From a virus, in IMG/VR virus record IMGVR_UViG_3300030090_003995, positions 1-64,000 of that record: a stretch of DNA of 64,000 nucleotides, one strand, 5' to 3'. The number at the start of each line of letters is the position of its first letter. Position 1 is the stretch's first letter. The notes beneath the pieces were generated by a model. It was not told the origin of the DNA, made no database searches, and was given only the letters and a program-made list of their open reading frames with translations. The translations under genes were made by a program, and so were the position numbers. This document shows positions 26,536 through 37,121 of this stretch, in pieces.

Positions 26536-29500
26536 ATGACATTACTAAAAGCCTATCTAATGAATAAGCGTGACCCGTTTACATTAGCGAAGGCTTTCCT
26601 TGATGTGCTTAAAGATGAACAAGCATGGAGAGAAGAACAATTAGGTGAGTTAGGTGCAAAATATTTCAGTGATGCGATGGAGTTTTATGAAGATGAACTT
26701 GCTGAAATCAATGGTAAGATTGTAGAAAATAATTCTAAAATTAAAGAGATTAGAACAAGACTTGCCCCTAATTATACTTTTGAAGATAAAATTGAGTATG
26801 AGGGTCCAGATGGTGAAACCTTTATTCGTAGAGAAACTAGAGGTCTTACTGATGAAGAATCTAATTTGGAGCGTTTAGAACTAGAAAGTGCTGAATCTCT
26901 TAATAATGATTATGCTGAAATAAGGGAGTCTGTCAACGGTCACTTATCTGATTTAACTACACACTATACTAATTTAACAGGTGAGGAATACGATAGAAGT
27001 GATGAAAATAAAATACGTTTGACCTTAAAGGGGTTAAAAATATTAGCAGATAGAATAGATGATTTAGGTGAAATTAAGCCACCCGATTCTATAAAACAAT
27101 TGGATGCTAATTTAGAAAATGCTAAGAAACTTTACGAAAGGTCATTAGAAGAATTAAAATCAGATTTACAGGAAAAAAATGCTCCCCAAGATATTATTAC
27201 TAATGCAACTGCTAAATTAAAACGCAAGTTTGATACAAAAATGTCTACATTAGAATCATCAAGAAGTGGTATGTCTAAGAGTTATGAATCTTTACTATCT
27301 CAAAAATATAAACTTGAACAAAGAATTATTAGAGGAAAAAAAGATTTAGAAAGAATGGGTATTGATGTAAAGGAATACGGCCCGAAATATTCAAAAGAAT
27401 CAGACTTTAAAAAACCACAGTCTAAACCTGAAACAGCGGAAGAGAAGAAGGCTAGAGAAGAAAAAGAAGAACAGGAAAATCTTGAAAGAAGAATAGATTT
27501 GAAAAAACAAGCGTTAGTCCGTTTAGCAAAAAGAGCCCTTGAATGGGAAAAACAAGGTTTTATTCCTGGCCCTAAATACAAAGCGGGAAGAAGAAAAACT
27601 ACGGGAAAATTAGATAGAGATTATGCTCGCCCAATTAAAAGTGGAAAATACAAAGGCATTACCCTTAAAGGCGATGAGGTAGAATTAGATGCAAAAATGA
27701 CTAAACTGGTAAATGATAGCAATATTGGTGTCAATGAACTTATTAGTCAGGTTAATAAACTTAATCCAAATTTAACTATTTCTCTTCCTGAAACACAAAA
27801 AACTGTTGACGTAAAGAGGGATATTAGAGGGCTTCCAATAAGAGATAAGGATGGGAATGAAATACCAGTTAAATTTGGTGAAAATAAACCATACACTCAA
27901 GAAGAAATATCTCGCGCTAAGAGTCAAGAACAGAAAGAATATATGGTGCGTATGAATAATTTAGGTATCGGTAAGGGAAAAAGAAAAGTTAAACAAACCG
28001 CTGGTAATTTAAAAAATTGGAAAGAGTGGAGAGAAGAGTTTTCAAGAGTAGTAAGTGATGAAAATCTTCAATTAATGCGCAACCAATTAAATGATTTCTT
28101 TAAAGATTTAGACCCTGAAGTTATGCGTTTATTTGATAAAGATGCACATTCCACTGACACTACTAGATTTGGTTTGGCATCAAGCAAAGAAGGTTCAGAT
28201 GGTAACATTAAATGGACTAAACATGTTAGCAGAAGAAAAACATTACAAATATTAGGTAAGATTTTTTCTGAGGCACTAAGGACTGATATTTTATCTGATA
28301 TACAAAAAGTTAATGCAGAGAAAATTCTGAATGCTATTGACGAGGAGTTAGGGATTTCTGGCGGAAAACAAATTAGAGAACAACCGGTTGCTGACCAGCA
28401 AGTTACTAATATGATGGAATTACTACAAGATTTTTATGATGAGACTCAAATTCTTTTAGAATCTGATACTGATGATGAATGGAATGAAGAACCAGTTGAA
28501 AGGTTAGAAGATTTAACTGAAGAAGTTGCACAATTATTACAGGATATGGATGAAGAAAATCCTTCACAAGAAGATTATGTTAATTTATTAATTAGATACC
28601 ATTTAATAAATGTCACAATTAGGGAATTGGGTAGAGAATTACCAAATCAAGCCTTACAAGCAAAACGTTCTTTAAGAGAATATTTAGATTCATTAGAGAA
28701 TAGATATGAAGATATGTATGGTAATATTGCTGATGATAAGTTACAATCTTTGCAACGTCTTGCTCAAGATTCAACTGATTCCGAAGAAGATAAAAGAAAA
28801 TTAGAACAAGAAATTAGAAGAACATCTACTAAAACTTCTTGGAAACCACCTAAAGGTTATCATGATAAAGATGATACTGTTAGAAGAAGAGAAAGGGTAA
28901 AATTACATAAAGCAGAATTACAGATGCATATTGATATATTTAAACGGTTATCTGAAGGTGGAGAGGTAAAGATAACTAAACCTATTAGACACCCTGACCA
29001 AACTGATAAAGAATATGCAGAAGCAAAACGTAGGTTTGAACCTAAAGTAATTTCAGGTAAAAAAATTCCTAAAAGGCAAGGTAATCAAAGACCTCTAAAA
29101 CAGTTAGCAGAAATGGTAATTCCTAAATTTAAAGTGGATATGGAAAAATCTAGACAAAAGCGATTGTATGGTAAAATTTTAACTCAAGAACGTATTGATG
29201 GTATTAGAAATAATTTGGTTGCAGAATTAGGAAGAGGTGAAGAAGTTGATATTGAGAATTTTGATAGTTTATATTCTTCAGCGGTAGATATTATAGGGCC
29301 AAAATCTTATACTGATAGATATAAACAGGTTAAGACTCTAACAGGTAAAGAATTAGAACAACTTGGTTTAGAGGATGTTAAAGAAGAGTTTTTAGCAAGA
29401 AGAGTTAGAGGTGAAGGTACTGATGACGAAGAATTTATTCCTGATTCTGAAATTAGTGATGCCGATGAATTTGATGCCGCTAATACATTAATGGACCAAG

Positions 29501-29916
29501 CAACTGCTATGGTTATGAATTACAAAGATGACGATGGTAAGATTGTTGAAATACCTGAAGATGCAGCGCCTTATTTAGAAATAGTAGAACAACGATTTAA
29601 ACAGGCTAGAGATGAGGCTTTAAAGGTTCAAGCAGAAAGTGAAGATGATGAACTTCCTAAAGAGTTCCGTTCTAAATCTGGCACAACAATTAATTTTGAT
29701 GAGTGGTTACAAAATATAGAATCGGCAAAGGCTGAAGCGCAATCTAAGAAGTTAGATGAAAGAAAATATGGTGAAGATAAAAAGGTTAAGAGAAAACCTA
29801 AGAGACCTGTTGTTAAATTACCAGAAACAAGAACAATTGATGAAGAGAGAGAAAGAGGAGAAAATTTGTTAGACCCTTCAATTCTAAGAAGACCTGAACA
29901 GGAGGAAGAAGAATGA
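26536..29916 (+). CDS. Large charged coiled-coil protein (~1126 aa), candidate internal head protein
   Basis: Long ORF between portal and protease; MTLLKA..FLDVLKD N-terminus. Confidence 0.7.
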   Translation: MTLLKAYLMNKRDPFTLAKAFLDVLKDEQAWREEQLGELGAKYFSDAMEFYEDELAEINGKIVENNSKIKEIRTRLAPNYTFEDKIEYEGPDGETFIRRETRGLTDEESNLERLELESAESLNNDYAEIRESVNGHLSDLTTHYTNLTGEEYDRSDENKIRLTLKGLKILADRIDDLGEIKPPDSIKQLDANLENAKKLYERSLEELKSDLQEKNAPQDIITNATAKLKRKFDTKMSTLESSRSGMSKSYESLLSQKYKLEQRIIRGKKDLERMGIDVKEYGPKYSKESDFKKPQSKPETAEEKKAREEKEEQENLERRIDLKKQALVRLAKRALEWEKQGFIPGPKYKAGRRKTTGKLDRDYARPIKSGKYKGITLKGDEVELDAKMTKLVNDSNIGVNELISQVNKLNPNLTISLPETQKTVDVKRDIRGLPIRDKDGNEIPVKFGENKPYTQEEISRAKSQEQKEYMVRMNNLGIGKGKRKVKQTAGNLKNWKEWREEFSRVVSDENLQLMRNQLNDFFKDLDPEVMRLFDKDAHSTDTTRFGLASSKEGSDGNIKWTKHVSRRKTLQILGKIFSEALRTDILSDIQKVNAEKILNAIDEELGISGGKQIREQPVADQQVTNMMELLQDFYDETQILLESDTDDEWNEEPVERLEDLTEEVAQLLQDMDEENPSQEDYVNLLIRYHLINVTIRELGRELPNQALQAKRSLREYLDSLENRYEDMYGNIADDKLQSLQRLAQDSTDSEEDKRKLEQEIRRTSTKTSWKPPKGYHDKDDTVRRRERVKLHKAELQMHIDIFKRLSEGGEVKITKPIRHPDQTDKEYAEAKRRFEPKVISGKKIPKRQGNQRPLKQLAEMVIPKFKVDMEKSRQKRLYGKILTQERIDGIRNNLVAELGRGEEVDIENFDSLYSSAVDIIGPKSYTDRYKQVKTLTGKELEQLGLEDVKEEFLARRVRGEGTDDEEFIPDSEISDADEFDAANTLMDQATAMVMNYKDDDGKIVEIPEDAAPYLEIVEQRFKQARDEALKVQAESEDDELPKEFRSKSGTTINFDEWLQNIESAKAEAQSKKLDERKYGEDKKVKRKPKRPVVKLPETRTIDEERERGENLLDPSILRRPEQEEEE

Positions 29917-30266
29917 GTTGGAAAAAGATATTAAAATTTCAATCTGACGGTTTAGATGAACATAATGTGGATGAACTTCTTGTTCATCCAATTGAGCGAT
30001 TAGGTTTCCGATTACAAACGAATGAGTCATATATAGTTGGTGATAATCCAGAATCAGGAGAAGCCGGATGGAATACCGGACAGTATTCTTTGGATTTTGC
30101 CCACACAACAGGAACGCGATATACTGTAAAAAGGACACATATACGTGCTACCCCCACATCTCCCCAATATTATATTTTTAGGGGTAATGAGGGAATTGTT
30201 GGTAAACCTTTCAATTATATAGAAGTAGTAGATTGGTTTGAACACGAAGCGGAGAGTTTATCATGA
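29913..30266 (+). CDS. WxxILK-tag hypothetical protein
   Basis: MSWKKILKF. Confidence 0.7.
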   Translation: MSWKKILKFQSDGLDEHNVDELLVHPIERLGFRLQTNESYIVGDNPESGEAGWNTGQYSLDFAHTTGTRYTVKRTHIRATPTSPQYYIFRGNEGIVGKPFNYIEVVDWFEHEAESLS

Positions 30267-30595
30267 CGTGGTTTGAAGTAATTAAAGAAGATAGTCCGGC
30301 TTTGGCTAGTCTATCACAAAAAGAAAAAAAGAAACTCAAAAAGGTTTTGCAAGCAGCCGAACCTTCAGAATACTTTGGTCAAGACTTTACAAGAATGGGA
30401 GAATTGATTGAATTAATGAGAGAATTAGATTTGGTTAAGGGAGATAAAAAAATGCAAAAGAAAATGAAATCTATTTCTGAGCAAAATGTAGATGTTGTCG
30501 CTATGGCTGCTAAATTGCGAAAAGAATATGAAGAAATGTATAGACAACTTCGACAAATTGTATATCCTAAAAGCAAGGGGTTGAGAAAGAAATGA
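30263..30595 (+). CDS. WxxILK-tag helical protein
   Basis: MTWFEVIKE. Confidence 0.7.
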   Translation: MTWFEVIKEDSPALASLSQKEKKKLKKVLQAAEPSEYFGQDFTRMGELIELMRELDLVKGDKKMQKKMKSISEQNVDVVAMAAKLRKEYEEMYRQLRQIVYPKSKGLRKK

Positions 30596-30855
30596 GTTGG
30601 GAAAATATAATTAAAATGAGAAGAATTATTCCTGAAGTAGAGGAAGTCATGCCCTATTATAATGGGTTAGATGAATTACTCACTATGGTTAAAAAAGATA
30701 TGGAAGAAGTTGTAAGTTTTATTATGAATGATGATTTAGAAAGGGCCGAAATTAAGTGGGATAAAATGAAAGGAGGCATTCTCGATTTAGAAGGAACCTT
30801 TACTGGAATTAAAGACGTTAATGCGTTTATTACTAGATTATTAGGTGATGCTTAA
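30592..30855 (+). CDS. WxxILK-tag hypothetical protein
   Basis: MSWENIIKM. Confidence 0.7.
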   Translation: MSWENIIKMRRIIPEVEEVMPYYNGLDELLTMVKKDMEEVVSFIMNDDLERAEIKWDKMKGGILDLEGTFTGIKDVNAFITRLLGDA

Positions 30856-30997
30856 TGAGTAAAATGGATTTCGCTAAAGCGAATAAAGAACTTAGACATC
30901 ATATTATTTTAATGCTTGACCATTTTGATAATCAAGATGAAGAAGGTTGGAACAAACTACTTAAAATTGCAAGATTTGTGGTGGAGGTAGATTATAA

Positions 30998-31243
30998 ATG
31001 AGCGAAAATAAAGATGAAACGCTAGAAGTTCTGAAATTATTAGTGGATAAAATCCAAAAATTAGAAGAAACTGTCTATAACAATGACAACGTATTAATGA
31101 AAGCGGGTCTTGTAAAGGTTGATAGTCCAACACCAAGTATGGGCGGTGGAGATGGGGTTATTCCTGATTCTAAGGCTATTGCTAAGATGAGTTGGGATGA
31201 AATCAATACATTGGTTACTCGATTAGGAGGCGGAACAATATGA
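30998..31243 (+). CDS. Small protein with scaffold-like C-terminus
   Basis: IPDSKAIAKMSWDEINTLVTRL matches the protease/scaffold C-terminus IPSGDDLAKMDWNEVHLAMARL. Confidence 0.7.
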   Translation: MSENKDETLEVLKLLVDKIQKLEETVYNNDNVLMKAGLVKVDSPTPSMGGGDGVIPDSKAIAKMSWDEINTLVTRLGGGTI

Positions 31244-31758
31244 ATACTGAAGAAATCTTGAAAAAGTTAAAAGAGATTCAAGTCGAGGCGATTAATAATC
31301 TACATAGTGATGATAAAGAAAGTCAACTTCAAGTCGCTGATAAAGAAAAATTACCGAATGAAGAACTTGTTGGTGGAGAAGAAGTTAAGATTAAAAGACC
31401 AAAGGCTGAAAATGTTAAAGTTCCTGATAGTTTAAGTCGAACAACACCAATGGCCGGCCCAACAAAATTCAATACGCCTGAAGAGGTTTATACAAGTGGT
31501 GAAAAGAAAAGCATTACAATTGAATCAATCCAAGCACAATTAGACGATTTAAAAAAGGATATGAATGCTGATAGATGGGGCGGAGAATTAGGTAATTTAT
31601 TAATGGAGGCTGAATCATATTTAACTGAGCATGAGCAAAACAGGCGAGAAGGTAAAATTAAATATGACCAACAGGATATTGATGAATTAAGGATTGAAAT
31701 TAATAGAAATCCTCCTAGCCCTGGCAATATTAGAAATGTCTTAGCCCGATTTCCGTGA
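31240..31758 (+). CDS. Hypothetical protein
   Basis: MNTEEILKK; 172 aa. Confidence 0.65.
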   Translation: MNTEEILKKLKEIQVEAINNLHSDDKESQLQVADKEKLPNEELVGGEEVKIKRPKAENVKVPDSLSRTTPMAGPTKFNTPEEVYTSGEKKSITIESIQAQLDDLKKDMNADRWGGELGNLLMEAESYLTEHEQNRREGKIKYDQQDIDELRIEINRNPPSPGNIRNVLARFP

Positions 31759-31763
31759 TTAGT

Positions 31764-34319
31764 ATGCCATTAAGCGGTCTTAGTTTTAGAAAAGAGAAAA
31801 ACCCTCTTTCTAGGCGTATTCAACGCCTATTTGAACAGATTAGGGCCGACTATCTATCTGCTAAACAACAACCTAAAGAATTCGCTAAAGATTGGGAAAA
31901 GGCAGTTGATAAACTAATAAACATTTATTCAGATATTGACGACCTTTCTTCTCAATTAAAAACTGTATTAGAAGAGAAAGATTTGAATTCTTCTGAAGCG
32001 AAGGATGCTACCTCTTCAACTGCCCAAAAAGTGTATAATGCTGTTAAAACTTTAAGATACGACAGTGACTACGTTAGAGACCCCTTTGTTAAAAAGTTTG
32101 GTAAAGAGGTTCTTGAGAAATTATTAGAGAGTAAAGCCCATCTTGCTCTATTTATCCATTGGTGTCTTAGAAATGACCGAAATGCACTTCCTAGAGAGTT
32201 TTGGGAGGAATACCTGCCCGAAGGTGACAAAATAACTGACGGGTATGAGGGTCTTGACCTACATGAGAAGGCGATAGTACCCTTCATTACTGAACATTAT
32301 GGGGATGGAAAAAATAGTCAAGGTGTTAAAGCAAAAGTTAAGGGGTCTATGGCCTTATTTAAGGATTTATACACACGTTTCTATTCCAAATCCGAGTGGG
32401 CCGAGTTACTTGGCCTCGATATTGAGAAGTCTGAAAAAGATAAAAGCGATATTAACTTCATGGTTCCAAATAAACCAATGTATAGGATTTTTGAGATTGA
32501 TGATATTAAAGAGTTACGCGGTTTTACTGGAGATTGGGTTGTTCAAGAAAAATATGATGGTATGCGAATACAATTACATAAAATTGATAATAAGGTGAAA
32601 ATCTTCTCATTTAATGGTAATGATATTACAGATAAATGTCCAGAACAAGTTAAAATTCTCAAAGAAAAGAAGTTTGGGGAATGTATCTTAGATGGGGAGT
32701 TAATGTTATCAACGAAAGAAAAGCCTCTTCCCCGCGCTCAAGTTATTGCTCATGTATTTAAGAATAAAGAAGTTGATGGGGAGTTAAAGGTTCATGTTTT
32801 TGATATTATGCGCCATAATGACCGTGATTTAGCAGATTCTCCTTTACAAGATAGAATTAACATTTTATTTCAAAATTATTCCATCCATTCGGATGAAAAA
32901 TTAGCGTTCCCATCTAAGAAAGACACGCGAATTGCAGATAGTTTAGAAGATATTCAACGTTATGGTAAAGAAATTATGAAAATTCCAACATCTGAGGGTG
33001 TTGTCATTAAAGATTTAACTTCTACTTACATTAAAGGTGCGAAAAAGAATCCTAAGTGGATAAAATGGAAAAAATTTGTTGATTTGGACCTTATTGTTTT
33101 AGATAAGAAAACAACTAAGTCTAATCTAAATTCTTATACTCTTGGGGCTGGCCCATTAACTATGGAACAGGCTCGCAGTTTACAATCTGAGAAGATAAAT
33201 GATAGATATTACTTAAATGTTGGGAAGGCTCTTAATACTAAGATAAATGTTGAAGTTGGTAAAATTGTTCGTGTGACTGTTGATGAAGTTAAGAAGAATA
33301 GAAAGGGCCAATATCGAGTATTTACTGCAAAAGTCATTGAGATTCCTGAAGTCGAACATCCTGATAAATTAATCACTTTAGAGTTGTTAGCCGGTGAAGG
33401 TGAAGTTAAAAATTATAAGGCTAAAGCATTAGAAAAGGGATATTCTATTACCGACGATATACATGGTGAAACAGAAGTTATTCTTAAGCATGATTTAGAC
33501 GGCTTTACAATTTATGGATTTAAAGATAATAACTTAATGTCAAAGAACGCGTTAGTAGATTTAGACCTTGTTAAAGAGCAAATTTCTGAATTAATAACAA
33601 AATATTCTAATCAAATGAAATCATTAATTATGACCATAATTAGAAGAAATGGTAATAAAATGACTTTAGAAGATATTATAGAAGAAGGGTTAAGAGATAA
33701 GAATTTTAAGAAGATTTATGAAAAACACTATGGTAGTCCTAAAGAATTAGGAAAGGCTATGAAAGATGACAAAATGGATGGTATAATTTTATTAGACAAT
33801 ATTCATTTTTCTACAGCAAATGAGAAGGAAGCCGAAAAAGTAGAAGTTGAGACTAACCCTGATGTTATTGTTAAGGAGTATAAAACTCCTGAAAAGTATA
33901 GAAAAGGTAATTTTAAATTGTATCTTAGAAAAGATGAAAACTTAAATTTAACCTTTCAATTAGGGGAAGAAGTTATTGGTTGGGAAATTCAAATTGACTC
34001 AATTGATAATGTATTTGATTTATTTGGTAAAGCAGGTAAGTACCCTGCTAGGATTCAAGAAACAGTTTCAAAGGAAAAACTAATTGATAAAGGTTCTGTT
34101 GAGTTAGGCGTACAAAGACATGGTTATCACGAATACATCTTAAAAGGCGAAAAGTTTGATACTAAACTTCATTTAAGAGTTGTCCCATTAAAGGACCAAA
34201 AACAATGGATAGCGTTTTCTAGTTTTGTAAAGGAACCTGTTGAACCCTCCACAGATGATGGTATATGGGATATTAGAGAGGATGAGAACAAGGATTTGTC
34301 CTTTGAAAGTCTTGAATAG
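31764..34319 (+). CDS. lig: ATP-dependent DNA ligase with N-terminal extension and C-terminal LigD phosphoesterase-like domain
   Basis: Motifs EKYDG (I), LDGEL (III), VFDIM (IIIa), EGVVIKD (IV), WIKWKK (V). Confidence 0.92.
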   Translation: MPLSGLSFRKEKNPLSRRIQRLFEQIRADYLSAKQQPKEFAKDWEKAVDKLINIYSDIDDLSSQLKTVLEEKDLNSSEAKDATSSTAQKVYNAVKTLRYDSDYVRDPFVKKFGKEVLEKLLESKAHLALFIHWCLRNDRNALPREFWEEYLPEGDKITDGYEGLDLHEKAIVPFITEHYGDGKNSQGVKAKVKGSMALFKDLYTRFYSKSEWAELLGLDIEKSEKDKSDINFMVPNKPMYRIFEIDDIKELRGFTGDWVVQEKYDGMRIQLHKIDNKVKIFSFNGNDITDKCPEQVKILKEKKFGECILDGELMLSTKEKPLPRAQVIAHVFKNKEVDGELKVHVFDIMRHNDRDLADSPLQDRINILFQNYSIHSDEKLAFPSKKDTRIADSLEDIQRYGKEIMKIPTSEGVVIKDLTSTYIKGAKKNPKWIKWKKFVDLDLIVLDKKTTKSNLNSYTLGAGPLTMEQARSLQSEKINDRYYLNVGKALNTKINVEVGKIVRVTVDEVKKNRKGQYRVFTAKVIEIPEVEHPDKLITLELLAGEGEVKNYKAKALEKGYSITDDIHGETEVILKHDLDGFTIYGFKDNNLMSKNALVDLDLVKEQISELITKYSNQMKSLIMTIIRRNGNKMTLEDIIEEGLRDKNFKKIYEKHYGSPKELGKAMKDDKMDGIILLDNIHFSTANEKEAEKVEVETNPDVIVKEYKTPEKYRKGNFKLYLRKDENLNLTFQLGEEVIGWEIQIDSIDNVFDLFGKAGKYPARIQETVSKEKLIDKGSVELGVQRHGYHEYILKGEKFDTKLHLRVVPLKDQKQWIAFSSFVKEPVEPSTDDGIWDIREDENKDLSFESLE

Positions 34320-34355
34320 GTTTCGCTTTAAGTAGTCAATCGGAGATGGTGATTC

Positions 34356-35693
34356 ATGGCGAGCGCAACGCTTCAACAAAGTGCGACAATTAGAACAAAT
34401 AATCCTTCTGATTTTCAAATAATTAAATCTGATGATTTATACATTGGTGGATATGCTTCTATTGAATTAGTAGATAAGCAAAACGATTTAATTACATTAG
34501 AAGCATTAAATGATGCTGTTAAAAAATTCATGCAAGCACCAAGATACAGAAACGTTATGAATAATCATTCAAATGTTCAAGTTGGTGAAGTAGTCAAAGA
34601 ATATCGAGATAAGACAGGAAAATTATGGAAAACTGATGTTGATGATGTTGGTTTTTTTGTTGTAATAAAATTAAGAGATGATATTGAGAAGGCTAAAGAA
34701 GTTAGTCGGGACATTAGAAAAGGTACTCTTCGTTCTTTCAGCATTGGGGGTCAAGCACTCGAAAAGCGTAAACGAGAGAATGATGAATTAGGAAAGTTTA
34801 ATGAAATTAGTAAATTGGAATTGCATGAAGTAACTATTTGTGAAAAAGGCATTAATCCAGAAGCAAAATTTGATATTCTAAAACAAGACAGTGGTGATAA
34901 CATGACCGAAGTTACAAAAGCGTTAGAAGAACTAAACTCTCTCTTAAAAGAAATTAGAGGAGAAAGTGTATCAAAAGCCCCTAATCCAAAATCGGAAGAG
35001 GGATTTGAAATGCAAGAATTACCGGAAGGTGAAGAAAAAATGACAAGTGAATATTTAGACACTGAAGAAGAAACTGAAGAATCACCTGAAATGCTAGAAA
35101 TGGCAGAAGGTGAAGAAGAGGAAATGATGGAATTAGCCTCAAGCGAAGAAGATGACCCTGAAAAGGAATTAAAGAGCAAAACAAGCCATACCCATGAAAC
35201 ACAATTAGTGGATGAGGCTGGTCTAGAAGTTGTAGTGGGTGGACAACCTTCAACAAAACATGGACAGCGTAAAGATATGGGGATTCCTGCCGGAACTGAA
35301 ACCAAAAAGTCCATTTATGGTGGAGATACACCAACACTCGATTTGAGTCCTGAGAATCTTGAAAAGGCTTATGCTGAATTTAAGGCTGAGCAAATGGAAA
35401 AAATGGCTTACAATGATATTAAGTCGTCTTTCCAAGCACGATTCGATGCTGAAGTTGCAGCAAAAGCAGATTCAATCGAGAAGGCAAACTATGACCCACG
35501 AAGTGAGGTCAACGAACTTAAAAAGCAGTTTAGTGAGTTAATTGACACACTAAAGGGTGAGAAGGAAAATGTTATCCGAAAGCAACAAGAGGCTGTTGAT
35601 AACCTAAACATTCCTTCAGGTGATGATTTGGCTAAGATGGATTGGAATGAAGTCCATTTGGCTATGGCTCGACTAGAGCGCAATTTCCGCTGA
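34356..35693 (+). CDS. Prohead protease (HK97-type) fused to scaffold
   Basis: GYAS, DKQND, SFSIGG, LHEVTIC..GINPEA motifs; acidic coiled-coil C-terminal half; precedes the capsid gene. Confidence 0.9.
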   Translation: MASATLQQSATIRTNNPSDFQIIKSDDLYIGGYASIELVDKQNDLITLEALNDAVKKFMQAPRYRNVMNNHSNVQVGEVVKEYRDKTGKLWKTDVDDVGFFVVIKLRDDIEKAKEVSRDIRKGTLRSFSIGGQALEKRKRENDELGKFNEISKLELHEVTICEKGINPEAKFDILKQDSGDNMTEVTKALEELNSLLKEIRGESVSKAPNPKSEEGFEMQELPEGEEKMTSEYLDTEEETEESPEMLEMAEGEEEEMMELASSEEDDPEKELKSKTSHTHETQLVDEAGLEVVVGGQPSTKHGQRKDMGIPAGTETKKSIYGGDTPTLDLSPENLEKAYAEFKAEQMEKMAYNDIKSSFQARFDAEVAAKADSIEKANYDPRSEVNELKKQFSELIDTLKGEKENVIRKQQEAVDNLNIPSGDDLAKMDWNEVHLAMARLERNFR

Positions 35694-35721
35694 ATACGGA
35701 TTAAAAAAAAGGTGATTAAAA

Positions 35722-37086
35722 ATGGTAAAATATATTAACACTATCGCTGACCTTGAACAAGCCACTTACGGTACGTTTGGTGGAAATAGCGACATTCTGA
35801 AAAGTGGTGGGTCTTTACTCGGACTTCACACAGCACACGATACAAACGCAACAAACGCATTTGTTGGAACTGCGGCTTCAAACCTCAGTAACTTGTATAA
35901 CGTAATTTATGGACAGAAAGTTTGGTCAATGCTCAATCAAGAGATTAACCCACTTTCTATTCTTCCTAAGCGACCATACACTTCAAGCGGTTGGCGCGTA
36001 TTAATTGACCGACCTGCTGGTGGAAGTGCTGCGGCTTTTGCGATTGGAACGCAAGATATTACTGCAACTCCAACTGCTGATATGAGCGCACCTTCAGCCG
36101 ATAGTATCGGTGGTGTGAAAGAAAACCACGCTTTGAATAGTGTTGGACTTTCTGAACTATCTCCAGAATATGCGACCTTATTTATGAGTCCTAAGACTGT
36201 TGCGCATATGTTCGGTTATTCCGAAGTTGCAGCAGAAATGGCGAAAATTGATGATGGTATCGGTGATATTCGTAACATTGTTCGTGAAGATATGGGTAAA
36301 TTCCACGCTGAGGTTCAGTCCAAAATGCTTGTAATGCCTCTTGAAAATTACGACCACTCAAGTTATGCAGATATTGAATTAAACTACACTTCATTATTGA
36401 AGATTGTAGCAAGTAGTCAAGAAATGGAGGCTATGATTGATGCAGGTATGCACGGTTCAATGGGTGGTTCTTCATCAACAGGCGGTTTAGTAGACCAAAT
36501 GAGTTATTTGTATGGAAACAATTCTCGTGATTTGGTTGCAAATGCTTACAATGAATCATATATGGATGCTTATGTCAATTATGGTAGTGGATATGCTGCT
36601 GGCGATGTTCGAGCATTAACTCTAACTTTGCTTAATACTACTTTGCAGAACCTCCGAACAAACGGTGGTACGCCAAAGTGTATCTTAACTGGATATGATA
36701 CAATTCAAGCAATTGCTGATTTGTTACAGTCCCAAGAACGATTTATGGAGCGAAAAGAAATTGTTCCTACACATAATGGTGTTCGTGGTGTAAAGGGCCG
36801 AGAAGTCGGTTTCCGAGTAGCGACATATTTCGATATTCCGCTAATTCCATGTAAAGATATGGCAAGCACAGGTGAAGCAACAGGTAAACTAAGCGATTTA
36901 TTGTTCTTAGACACTGACCATCTTTGGATGGCTGTAATGAAACCAACTCAATACTTTGAGGATGGTATTAATTCTGGAAACCCATTCGGTGTTGGCGCAC
37001 TTGGAAACAAGGCCATGTTCCGAACAATGGGCGAAACTGGCTGTACTTTCTTTAAGGGACAAGGCAAGATTACTAACGTGAACTGA
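35722..37086 (+). CDS. Major capsid protein (HK97 fold)
   Basis: Follows the protease/scaffold; 454 aa; strong RBS; C-terminal ATYFDIPLIP..LLFLDTDHL capsid-like pattern. Confidence 0.88.
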   Translation: MVKYINTIADLEQATYGTFGGNSDILKSGGSLLGLHTAHDTNATNAFVGTAASNLSNLYNVIYGQKVWSMLNQEINPLSILPKRPYTSSGWRVLIDRPAGGSAAAFAIGTQDITATPTADMSAPSADSIGGVKENHALNSVGLSELSPEYATLFMSPKTVAHMFGYSEVAAEMAKIDDGIGDIRNIVREDMGKFHAEVQSKMLVMPLENYDHSSYADIELNYTSLLKIVASSQEMEAMIDAGMHGSMGGSSSTGGLVDQMSYLYGNNSRDLVANAYNESYMDAYVNYGSGYAAGDVRALTLTLLNTTLQNLRTNGGTPKCILTGYDTIQAIADLLQSQERFMERKEIVPTHNGVRGVKGREVGFRVATYFDIPLIPCKDMASTGEATGKLSDLLFLDTDHLWMAVMKPTQYFEDGINSGNPFGVGALGNKAMFRTMGETGCTFFKGQGKITNVN

Positions 37087-37121
37087 GGCTTTTTAGTCAT
37101 TAAAATAAAAGGTGATTAAAA

